DNA of 64,000 nucleotides from Monocercomonoides exilis PA203 (taxonomy: Eukaryota; Protista; Preaxostyla). Each line of letters begins with the position of its first letter. The stretch's first letter is position 1. The notes under the pieces were generated by a model. The model was not told where the DNA came from. It saw only the letters and a program-made list of their open reading frames with translations, and searched no databases. A program made the position numbers and the translations under genes. Positions 15,001 to 25,827 of this stretch are shown here, one piece after another. The DNA is taken from contig LSRY02000001.1 of NCBI GenBank assembly GCA_001643675.2, forward strand, positions 806,001 through 870,000, in the 5' to 3' direction.

Positions 15001-15522
15001 GAGAGTGGGGAGCTGAAGATGAGCGAAACATCATTCAGTGGAATTCATTCAGCTGTGCCACTTCTGTCATTCTGCGGAGAATCTTGGATGTCAATTGCTG
15101 AGACACGAATATAGAAAATCGAGTGTGAGGGGGAAGCTGTGAGAGTTGGGGGAAAATCGAAGGCAAAGATGAAGGAAGTGAAGTTTGAGAATATTTCAGT
15201 GGCTATTGATGGAAGCTTGAAGAAGATGGATGGAGCTGAAAGGGGATTGAGTGTGCTGAACTGTTCCTTTGTGAAATGTCAGAGCACAAAAGAGAAGGGA
15301 AGAATGAAGGAGATTTGTGAATGCTTGGATGTGAAAATAGACATTTGTTTTTTTATTGGGAGTTCAAAGGAAAGAAATGAATATTATTTGAATGAAGAAG
15401 AGGAGATGTGCAAATTGGATGGATCTCTTGTGGATGTTGTGAAGAGTTTTGTTTTGATGAAAGGCACAACAATCTCGAATTCACCAGAAGGTGGAATAAC
15501 AACGAGTGGAGATAATATATAG
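12062..15522 (+). pseudogene. Cargo: Cys/Gly/Ser-rich beta-helix-like (pectin-lyase/Pmp-like) surface protein family pseudogene
   Basis: One reading frame broken by single stops ending at 13185, 13515, 15114 and 15522. Contains repeated GGG(M/L)F(I/V), GxDxxxCGxxxxPCxSI and F.xC motifs. Confidence 0.75.
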
Positions 15523-16181
15523 ATGAAAGTAATTAACGTTTAACATTATTTTTTGAGACTTTTTCACTTTGCTGAAACTGCAATAAACTAATTATTTTGT
15601 TGTAAATTCTATGTTGTTATCGATTAAAATTGTTTTGATAGAGCTGCATGTATATAAATATCTTATTCATTTTTGTTTTATGTTTTATTTACGATTTTGG
15701 GAATGAAATGATTTAAATATATTTGTAGTAGACATTTTAAGAATTATTTCTAAACTGTTTCAAAATTCAAAATATAAAAAAACCCTAAACTCAATTTTCA
15801 TTGCTTAAATTAAAAACATTTTTATTTTAATCTGAGACATTTTCTGATTTATATAAAAAGAAAAGAATAAAAAAGTTAACTCATAATAAACAAATTCTTA
15901 ATAATACTCAACTCTAAATAATATGAGAGACCTTTAAGATTAATAAAACCAAAATTTTTCCGGTTGAGTTGGATTTGTTTGGTCTTATTCAAAAATAAAA
16001 GTCAGAAAAATGAAAGAATATGTAAGTTTTTCAAAGTTTCAATTTAATAATGCATTTTTTTATTCATTCAGAGTTTCGACAAACCGGCTTCAAGTCATTT
16101 CCATCGTTTATGAAATGTGTCTTTTGTTGTTCCTGAATAGTAAAGTGTATATCAACAAGTTAACTTAACTTTGAATAAATA

Positions 16182-16642
16182 CTGTTTTCAATATAAAACA
16201 AGTGCGCATATAATAATATACTTAAATTAACATATGAAAATGAAAGGATTGCAAACTATTGAATTCTAATTAAACGAAAACAGCATATTCAACTTTTCCA
16301 GATATTAAAAACTTTATTGTGGGTTAGATCAAAGATGATTAATTAAATTTTTTGTTTATGATTTAAATTTTTTTGATGTAAATAAATTTATAAAATAAAT
16401 TTATATTATAATAAAAGCACATTGGATGTCCAAAAATCACGTTTTCTTTAAAATTTGAATAATTTTTTATGAAATTCATGTTTTTATGGGTCATTTTTCA
16501 AGAATCATTTTTTTCAAAAAGAAAAGTTTTTTTCAAAAAATCGGTCCATAAAAAGTTTATAAATAATTATTATCTATTAATTCATTATTATTTGAGGGTT
16601 AAAAAACGCAAATTGCAAAAGGAACGCGTTTGAACCTATGCC
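16182..16642 (-). repeat. Right TIR (461 bp) of family 1 copy 1
   Basis: Ends ...CGCGTTTGAACCTATGCC; reverse complement of 11245-11705. Confidence 0.95.
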
Positions 16643-19134
16643 AAAGCGTTTGGGGAAGTATGAACAGATTCCCCTCAATCTTCATTCTCTTTGTTCATGC
16701 AAGCAAGGAATCAACCATAATCACAGCTCTCTTGATAATATTCAATGGACAGAACTATTCGTATCCGGCTGGTGCTTAAAACACAATTTGTCAATTGGAA
16801 ATCAACAAGAAATGTACTGTGTGTTCATAAATTTGTTTCAAGATTTATCATCTGTAACACCAGAACTGAATAATTTAATGAACACAGCAATCTGTTATCC
16901 AAGAACATGCACGATTTGCAAAAAATCCTTCAATGGAGCATCAGAAACAACTCCAATTATCAGGGTTCAAGGATCCAGCATTCGTGACGCATTGAATAAT
17001 TCCTTTGTGCTTGATAAAAACAATTCGAATAATCGCGGAGCCTTTTGTTCCAACTGTGATGCTTACACTTATCATTTTTCTCAATTCAAAATTTCTCACT
17101 TCACTCTATTCTTGACATTTTCACTTGAACAAATAACTAACCAAAATTTAAAAAACTACAAGATTCATTTAACATTGTCATTCTTCAATGAAAAAGGACA
17201 TCAGAAGGTGAGTGACATTACAACAAAAGATGGAGACAATTATTCACTTATATCACAACTATTTTTCACAGGAGATGACAACAATGGTCATTTCTTTTGC
17301 ATTTGCAAAAAAAGAAACAAATGTTCTCAAGATTCCTCAATGATAAATGATTCATGGTTTTTATGCAGCGATGGTTCAGTGTCAAAAATATCCAATGAAA
17401 TTTCAACAGAATTTTCTTATCATTTGGCAAATGGAGCAAAACCATATATATCTGTTTACGAGAAGATAGAAAAGAGTGAGAATGATAACATCAGCAATGT
17501 GTTATCTCCTAACTTGATGTCAGCAGTTGTTCATATCGAATTGAATTCGAGAGATAACAGAAGCATTAATCAATCATTTCTGAACCTGAATGAGGAAGAA
17601 CAAATAACACCGATTATTCAATCAAATAGTGATTCCTCTTTTGCTAACGATATCGGAGATACAATTCAACTTCCACTCAACTCAACATTTCACTCATCTC
17701 AGCAATTCACCTCAACATTTCGACATTTCAATTCCACAAATTCTGCTTCAACTCAAACATTTCAGTCAGCACCTTTAACCACAAACACAAACAATAAACA
17801 TAAATCATCTTCAACTGTTTCACATCCTTCAATATCTAACATTCCAGATCATTCTTCCAATTATAATAGAAAACCAAAAAAATCTATCAGATTAATCAAC
17901 ACATCAAAAGTCAAGCTGTTCGAAAAGATGAAGGATGAACTTGATATAGAGATGTCGCTAAGCACATTTTATAAGAGGACAAAGAATCTCAAAAAGGCAA
18001 AAAAAAGAAGTGATCTTTGCGACTTGTGTGTCACTTTCGAAAGTTTACATAAAAAGAAGAATTTTCTGAAGGCAAAAAACGAAACTTTATGTGAGAAGGA
18101 TCAATCAACATTGAAGTTAATCGAAGATCATCGCATACTTGCATGACATCAACAGCTTTATTTCCGTCAATTGAAGGATAACTTAAACTCAGATGAAGTT
18201 TTGCTTCTATTTGATTTCAAAGAAAATTGGTCCCTGCCAATACGTAAAAATCAAATAAGAAAAGATTTCTATGAAAAAGTTGAAGTTTCTCAACTGTGTG
18301 TTATTGGATTCATCAAAGATGAGAAAGGCAACTTGGTCAAACACATATTCAACTTTTTTTCAAACACTCTATCGCACGATTATCGCTTTTCAATTGGATG
18401 CCTTCAAGAAGTGTTAAATCACCAGTTGTTTAGTCAGAAAAATTCTTTTCATTTCATATGCGACACAGGCCCCCACTTTAGAAATTCCTTCCTTCTTCAC
18501 TATTTGCTGTCAGACAATTCTTCATTTGCAAAAGGGAAAAAAACAACTCTTTCATTTTTCTGCGAACACCACGGAAAATGAGAATGTGATGGAGAGTTTG
18601 GCCATTTATCAAAATGCATTCAAAATGAGCTTGACGACGAAACAGTAATAGAAAATGTTGATGATCTCATAGCATTCTTTCAAAATAATGCATCTCATTG
18701 TGCCTCATTCAAAAGAAATTCTGTTGATGGAAGTGAAAAGCTGCATCGTCATTTTTTAAGGTTTGAAATAACTTGTTTCGGTTTTGATTTCTGTAATAAT
18801 ATTTTTCTTTGTTTATTTTATCAATTTTTTTGTTTGAATCGACAATAGGTTTAATCCATCAAACAAAATACTTTGGAAAAAAATGGTACTGAAAAATATG
18901 AAAACTTATTTATTTTATGAAAAGCGTGGAGGTGAAGTTTTCAGATCAGTTGCATCACCATCCAACGGGAAAGGAGAATTCAAAATGCAGTTCGGAGAAA
19001 GAAGAGTTAGAGACGAGAGGCCTTTAAAAACATTTAAAACTCGAAACAAAACTTGCCAACAACACAGCGTGGGAAACAATACCTTAAGGTTGTTTGAGAA
19101 CAGAAAAAAACTGGACAATCAGATTTTTAAATAA
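16643..19134 (+). pseudogene. 3' part of USP-transposase gene (Sola-like copy A): USP core, Ser/Thr linker, DDD transposase
   Basis: USP motifs: NQQEM, CxxC pairs, NNGHFFC, WFLCSD, PYISVYEK. Transposase motifs: KAKKRSDLCDLC, FDFKENWSLP..DFY, SHD, CDTGPHFRN, FFCEHHGK*ECDGEFG. In-frame TGA ending at 18146 and 18581. A GT-AG intron at 18761-18848 keeps the frame into ORF 18883-19134. Confidence 0.8.
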
Positions 19135-19199
19135 ATTATTTCATAATAATGTTGTTCTTTTTATTGATTCTTTTGAATTTGTTTTGATTCAAATTTTGC

Positions 19200-19388
19200 T
19201 TCTTGAGTTGTCTGTTGCTCAAGCTTTGAATTATTGTGAAAACAATAAATTCTAAGTACCCTCTTTTGCGCTTGTGCAAAAACAAGAGGGCTAGGCTGAT
19301 TCCTTCCTGGAACTGTGCTGTGACCGGTCCAGCACAGTCCCTTGAAGGCTTTGGGTCCAGAATCAGCCTCCCAGGGCAGACGCTCTTG
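19200..19388. ncRNA. Candidate structured RNA / GC-rich multi-hairpin island downstream of transposase copy A
   Basis: Stems CTTGAG/CTCAAG, ATTGT-GAAA-ACAAT, CCCTCTT/AAGAGGG, AGGCTGATTC/GAATCAGCCT and ACTGTGCTG/CAGCACAGT. Motif CAGCCTCCCAGG at 19364-19375. Confidence 0.4.
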
Positions 19389-19754
19389 AAACAATTTTTG
19401 AAATAAAACAAATTTCATTCATTTTTTTTGAGTTCTTTAGCAGTACTGTTAACGTTTCTAATTTTTTACTATTTTTTCAATTTTTTGTAGAAATTAATTG
19501 TTTGGCTCTTTTGAAAAACAAGTTGTTATTCGATAAAATATTGTTTGAGTTTTATTTTTTTGTTTTGAAAAAATTACTAATATACTAATGAATGAAGAAA
19601 TAGAAAAGTGGATTTTTGTGGTTTTCCATAAGAAAAAATTATTAGAAAAGTCAAACATTTATCAAAGAACAATATTTGATAATATTTATTTAACATGGGT
19701 AATATTTAATGAAGGACCGAAAAAAAGGATGATTTTGAAAAAAATGTGCCAACT

Positions 19755-21620
19755 CAACAGATATACAAGCATTCCAGAGGAGAAACCTCATCCTCATATT
19801 GATGTTTAGAGTTTTAAGACCAGCAGAGCTGGAGAGAACGGGAATGGAATGTTCTTCATTTTGAAATAATACTGTACTAACGCAGGTTCATGCAAAGACA
19901 TCAGGAGGGGAAACTATAAAGGTAGTTATTAATAATTATATTACACACGTATCGATGTTGTTTTAGCACCCCAACGATGGATTAATCAGACTTCTACGAA
20001 TTAAAGAGATGAACTCGTGTTGGATGATATTAGATAGAATCAACCTGCAAATTTGCAGAGAATAGATGAATAGTTAGTGGCTATCCGGAGAGAGAATGAA
20101 ATACCATGCTTATTTTCCGCATTCTCAATCAGATATGCAGTGATATCGCGCTTAGCAAAATGAGAGAGAGTAGGTTAGAAAGCAATCAATGCGTACGCGA
20201 TATGGGCTCCAAGTTCAAGATTTGCTCTGGAATATTACACCGTTTTGCAGGTTCAAAATACAAAATAAATCTAGGAGGCAACTGGCAGCCAAGGAACCCA
20301 AACGGGAGAAGAAGTGAGTTCGGATAAGGATAGAGAAAGGAAGGATTTGAAAATCGAAAAAGGAAAATTAGAGATGAAAGATTGCACAAAATATTCTTCA
20401 GAAGTTGGAGGAGAAGAAGATATGAGTAAAGGAAAGAAGTTAAAGAGACTAGATTTACCGAGTTGAGAAGAGAGAAAGTAAAGAGAAAGAACTCAATCAC
20501 AACACAACTTATTCCGATCACTCGAGTGTCGGAGAACACCCCTCATAATTCCCAGCAGTGCAAGCGAGCTGACTGGCAGCAAACACACTGCGCCACTGAA
20601 AAAGATGGGCATTAACCGGATGAAGCATGGTGTGAGAAGTCAATGTTAGATGATAAAGAACTCAAGAGAAACGAATTTCAGGTCGAGAACGCCTCGGAAA
20701 CACCACAAGAAAGAAAAGGAGTAGAGCCAGGTGCCGCACCTTCATCCGCATGCTCTCTATACATCCGCCGCACGATAACGTGCTAGACAGGATGGTTTAA
20801 GATCATTATGAATAAATAAATAAATATTAAATTTAATAAAAATAAAAATACAACAAAAGGGCTTTCAAGATTCATTATTGAGGAGCAAACCTGCTCCTTG
20901 CGTTCGTAGATTCGCTCTATTGCGAATTGATAGAACGCAGTGAGACAGGTTTGCTCCGAGATAATACGAACGCAGATGGAGAGACAATAGGCGGCGCGAT
21001 GCGAGGGGGAGCCAGAAGTGTGTAGGGAGATGACTAGAAAAAAGGGCGAGATTTAGAAAGAGAGAAAGAAAGAATAAACGCCCGAAGTGATTTCTGTACG
21101 TCTAGAATCTGGAAATATACAAATAGAATGAGTAAGCAAGTGTAATCAGTAGCTATCTGTCCAACACGACAACGATTCTTCGTCACACAGAAGAGTCAGT
21201 TCGGTCCATACAGTGCGCGATGATAGGGTTTGCTCTGCTGATGCAACAGAGAAGCGGGAGGCAGAGCATATCACATGCAGTTTTCTTTTCCACGCCTCGC
21301 GAAAGCGAGAGTGGTTTTTCTTTCTGCTCCAACAAGAATACTCGCCTCACCTGATCCCTGCACAGTCTGCAGGTGTGAGCTCCGAGGGGCAATGTCCCCT
21401 GCCCTCTGGTCTTCGTGACCAAGGCGAAAAGGCGAAGTCGGCGGTAAAGTGAAGAGGACAATTCATAATATACTTTTTATTATTTAACATGTTTTTGTCT
21501 ATATTTTCATCTCACCCTTTTTTCCACGTCATTTTTGGGAGGGCGAAGTTCTCACTTATACCACCCATAAATCGTGAACAATACTCATTATCTCGGAGCA
21601 AACCTGTTTCACTGCGTTTT
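19755..21620 (+). mobile_element. DIRS-like retrotransposon 3' remnant (tyrosine recombinase fragment plus complementary terminal repeats)
   Basis: AFQRRNLILILMFRVLRPAELER resembles the YR R-box. 20934-20965 is complementary to 21587-21618, which ends in a T run. This fits an ICR/terminus arrangement. Confidence 0.55.
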
Positions 21621-21706
21621 TATTTAAAAATACAATGGTTTTGGATATAATAAGCAACAAATAATAAAATTTTTAAAGATCTATCAACAAACTATTATTT
21701 GTAAGG

Positions 21707-24700
21707 GGCATAGGTGTATATATGGCACATTCCCAATACTTGGATATTCTTTAAAACATTGTGATAAATAAAAATTTGATTTAATAATAAAACATTTGTA
21801 TTAACAAGAATTTTGAAATTCTTTTTGATCCTTGAGAAAAATCTATTTTAAAAAATCACCCATTAACATTGGTATTTTTCTAAAATTCAAATAAAAATAG
21901 ATAATTTCAAAATAAAAACCAGATGCAAGGTCGTTAATTATTATACGCTCTAACTTTATTTATGATTTTTTAAAAAATAAAACATTTTAAAAATAAATTA
22001 TAAAATTTAAATATTTTGATCAATCACACAATTATATTTTGAATAACCTAAAAATTAAAATTTGCTTTCTTTCATCAAGAATTGAACCCTCGTTTGCGAA
22101 CATATAACAAATCATATATATAAATATAGTTTTAAAGTGTGTGATGAATAATTATCAATATATCATTCAAATCTTTATGAATTTTGTTTATGATTTTTAA
22201 GATGATTATATTTGTGCAGTTAGAGGATATTAATGTTATGCCATGATGATCTTGAATTAAGAAACGCTGATGAGGCTCGTGAAGTGTGATTATCATTTTC
22301 TTTTCATTTATTTAATATAATTTTTACTAAATGAAAAGTTAATCATATGTTTTTTTACTGAATCAATGTTGATTATCAAATGCAACAAGAAAGCTATAGA
22401 AAAAACTTCATCATCAAAGAAATTAGAGATGGAGTGAATTTTTGTTACATAGGAGATTATGAAATTAAAATTTACATCTGATTCAATGAATTCAGAATAA
22501 TCACGATAAAAGCTGGAAATGATTTTTTGGTAAACTGCTTCAACTTCTCATCACAGATAAGTGAGTGTCACTTTCGGTTTGATCTTCGAGAGGAATGTTA
22601 TACTCGCCAGAATGCAATATATGGAAGAAATTCCTGTTATTAACCAAATGATAAAAAACTTATTGGATTTATAACCGTCCATCAGAGTGACACAATCATT
22701 ATGAGCAGTATGGATGGATCGAATGAAAGGTAATGCAGGGCAAACGCACTTCTATGTGATTCAATTGAACATGGACTGATGCATTTGACTTCACAACTGA
22801 TTTATTTGTTTCATATTGTTGAAGAGAGTGTGATGGAAGAAGAGAAGGGTCTGAGGGAGATGAGTTTGAGTTCGAAGAGCAGATTTTTGTGTGAAGTTGA
22901 AGCGGAATTGAGGATCAAATTTAAAGTGGCGAGCGTTAAAGTTGAATCAAACACTGTGGTACGTTCAAGAGTGAGGTTTGTGTTTGATGTGGAATTTTAC
23001 ATCTTTTCACATTGAACTGGTTGAGCCAGACAGCGGATCGATGGAAACGGATAACTGCTCGTACCGATCAAAGCACACTGAACCTGTTGAAACTCGTGGG
23101 AATGCACAAATAAGGTTACACATTATTCGGATTGCCATAGGGAGATATGTTCTGGCTGGGTTCTACGTGGAAGATTTTTCACTTTCTGTGGCAACCATAT
23201 GTGTTGCATCGCCTTACCAATTTGTTGTTTCTTCTTGTGAATTCTGCAACTTGGCAAACAGTGATCCGTTCATTGATGTCACAGGAAATTTAGAAATCTC
23301 TGCGATTCATCTCGAATTGGCGAATGAAACCACCTCAAAAAGAGGACTTTCTTTGCTGTCGTGCTCTGGAGTGAGAAGCCCAATGATACTTAACAATTAC
23401 TCGATCAAAAATTCAGCGCAAGGCAATGCAAGAGGGATATTCATCTCTTTGGGATACAATTCAGACTCAATGATGAACAGCTGCCTTTTGGATGGGAATT
23501 CAAGCAAGTGCGATTCAAAAGAAGCACAAAGAAGGTTATCCAGCAAAGTGTTTAATGAAGCGAAAAATAAAATCTGCAAATTGAATCGATCAGTTGTTGA
23601 CATCTCGAAGAGTTCTGTGGTGATGAAAGACACAACAATCTGCAACTCCTCAAAGGGAGGGATGACAGTGAGTGGAAGATCTGTGATGATTGAAAACGGG
23701 AGTTTGTGAATAACTATCCTTGGATTGAGAATTACACATCAGTCAGAAGAAACATTATTTGTTCTGATTCTGCCTCATTGACCATTTCCAGCTTGAAAGT
23801 AGGTGATGGGGTTTTACCAAATACATCACTTTGGATTCTGAATGAAGGATGCAATTTTGAAGGAATTATTTCTGAAAGAGCATCCCCATTCTTCGTTCCA
23901 GTGTTGGAGAGTGTTGAAGCAAAGGAAGTGGGAGAAGAATTGGAGATTGTGTTCAAAGGGAAGGAGCTGCTGCCATGCAACTTGTCATTTATGGTTGTGA
24001 AGCAAATTGGAGAAGAAAAACAGATTGAAAAATATGGATTTGGTGAAAGTGGATGTGTGTCAGAGACTGCAGCAGAATGGAGGATGCAAAAGGAGAGGAT
24101 GAGTGAGGCGGAAGATGAAGCAGAAGTGAGAGTGAGCATTATGTTTGGGGATTCGAATAAGCCATTGGTCACTGATACTTTCATTCTGAAGAATCGAAGT
24201 GAACCCAAAGTTAATGGAGAAGAAAGGATTGTCGAGGGAGATGAAGAAGGAAAAACATCATGGGAGGTGATATTTGCAGTGATATTTGCGAATTTGTTTT
24301 TGATTGTTCTAATCATTGCTGTTGCATTTATTGTTCGATGGAAGAAGTTGAAGAGAAGGACAGAGGTGTTGCAAGAGATTGTGAATGACACAGTGAAAAA
24401 GGATCCGAAGCTGATTGAGATGGTGACGATGAAGATGTCACTTGAGGAGCAGTGGAGGAGAGCAGAGATAGAGGCAGAGAAGAAGAATGATGTTATTTTT
24501 GAATGAGGAAATAAAGTTGACTGTGCTTTCAGATATCACTAAATTCACATAAATTTTGTTGTGATTTTAATGCGCTGTTCCAATTGAAGCATCCAAATGA
24601 ATAAAAATGCATTAAAAGAAAGCGCTTTATATATTCTCAATGAAATTATTTCTTTGAATTCTGAGAAAAAGAAAATATTTTCACATTTTAAATAATCAAT

Positions 24701-25466
24701 TTAAAATTCTGTTTAAAAGTTATATTATTTCAAATCAATTTTTTTTATACATAAAAAAGCTATATAAATATGAAAAGTTACTTGTTATGTACAAAAAATA
24801 CTATTATCTTTCATATTTTGCTGAAAAAAGCAATAAATTGAAAATGAATTAATCAAAACATATCGAACGAACTTTAGAAGTTAAAACTGCAGTTAAATCA
24901 TTATTATCATTATTAAGCATTCAACATTGTTTTTGCAAATTAAAATTTAATTAATAAATGCAAAAATATCATTTGAAATTCTAACTATCAAGATGAAAGT
25001 TGACAAAGCAAAAACAACTTAAACTTATCTTCACGTGAGAGAATTGATGAATTCTATTAAGATGAAGCATGGATCTTTAACCGTTGCAAGGTAAATAATG
25101 CATAAAAGCTAATTTATCAAAATTGGAAAATCAAAATTATTTTGTGGGGTTGATCAAAATATTTAAATTTTATAATTTATTTTTAAAATGTTTTATTTTT
25201 TAAAAAATCATAAATAAAGTTAGAGCGTATAATAATTAACGACCTTGCATCTGGTTTTTATTTTGAAATTATCTATTTTTATTTGAATTTTAGAAAAATA
25301 CCAATGTTAATGGGTGATTTTTTAAAATAGATTTTTCTCAAGGATCAAAAAGAATTTCAAAATTCTTGTTAATACAAATGTTTTATTATTAAATCAAATT
25401 TTTATTTATCACAATGTTTTAAAGAATATCCAAGTATTGGGAATGTGCCATATATACACTTATGCC
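21707..25466 (+). mobile_element. Non-autonomous Pack-type TIR DNA transposon, family 2 (3760 bp)
   Basis: About 317-bp TIRs (21707-22023 / 25150-25466) starting GGCATAGGTGTATATATGGC. 8-bp TSD TTGTAAGG at 21699-21706 and 25467-25474. Confidence 0.95.
22779..24506 (+). pseudogene. Cargo: surface-protein family pseudogene with C-terminal transmembrane helix
   Basis: Frameshifted ORFs 22978-23709 and 23706-24506. The segment CKLNRSVVDISKSSVVMKDTTICNSSKGGMTVSG is homologous to cargo 1 (CKLDGSLVDVVKSFVLMKGTTISNSPEGGITTSG). TM helix VIFAVIFANLFLIVLIIAVAFIV is followed by RWKK. Confidence 0.75.
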
Positions 25467-25827
25467 TTGTAAGGTAATCATTTTGTTGAAAGCATTTCGA
25501 TTTTTTGAAATTTCTTTCCTCAGATCTTCCATTTCCATTTTCGAAACAATTTTAAGCTTTGTTCAGTAAAAAAAATATCTTTCAAATATATCAAAAAAAA
25601 AGGATGGTTTGAACGATGTTTTTAACTGATTTGTTAGTTGATTTTGATGTTTTTTTCTTTCTCTTGCTGTGATTCTGTTTCTTCATGAATGAGAAAAATA
25701 CTGTTGCTTCATTGGAATCACTGTGAAAAAATGAAGGAGAAAACATCTTTTAACAACTTCAATGGTTAATATGTTTGATTTCATTTAGAACTAAAGATTT
25801 TATTATTTTCTTTTTCATTGTTAAAGT

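Larger units (their letters stand above)
11245..16642 (+). mobile_element. Non-autonomous Pack-type TIR DNA transposon, family 1 copy 1 (5398 bp)
   Basis: 461-bp TIRs starting GGCATAGGTTCAAACGCG. 8-bp TSD AAAGCGTT at 11237-11244 and 16643-16650. No transposase; host pseudogene cargo. Confidence 0.95.

Noticed and set aside
11136-18581. Frequent single in-frame stops suggesting a reassigned genetic code (TAA/TAG=Gln or TGA readthrough)
   Set aside because: All three stop types occur at positions that need different residues, frameshifts co-occur in related copies, and the polyQ tract uses only CAA/CAG. Ordinary decay explains the pattern.
19355-19390. HDV-like ribozyme (GCC-TCCCAG-GGC) or SRP Alu-like GGGAGGCTGA
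   Set aside because: No P1/P1.1/P4/J4-2 arrangement or SRP S-domain could be built.
16643-19400. Fanzor/TnpB nuclease with omega-RNA
   Set aside because: No RuvC motifs or terminal Zn-ribbon seen near any transposase copy.
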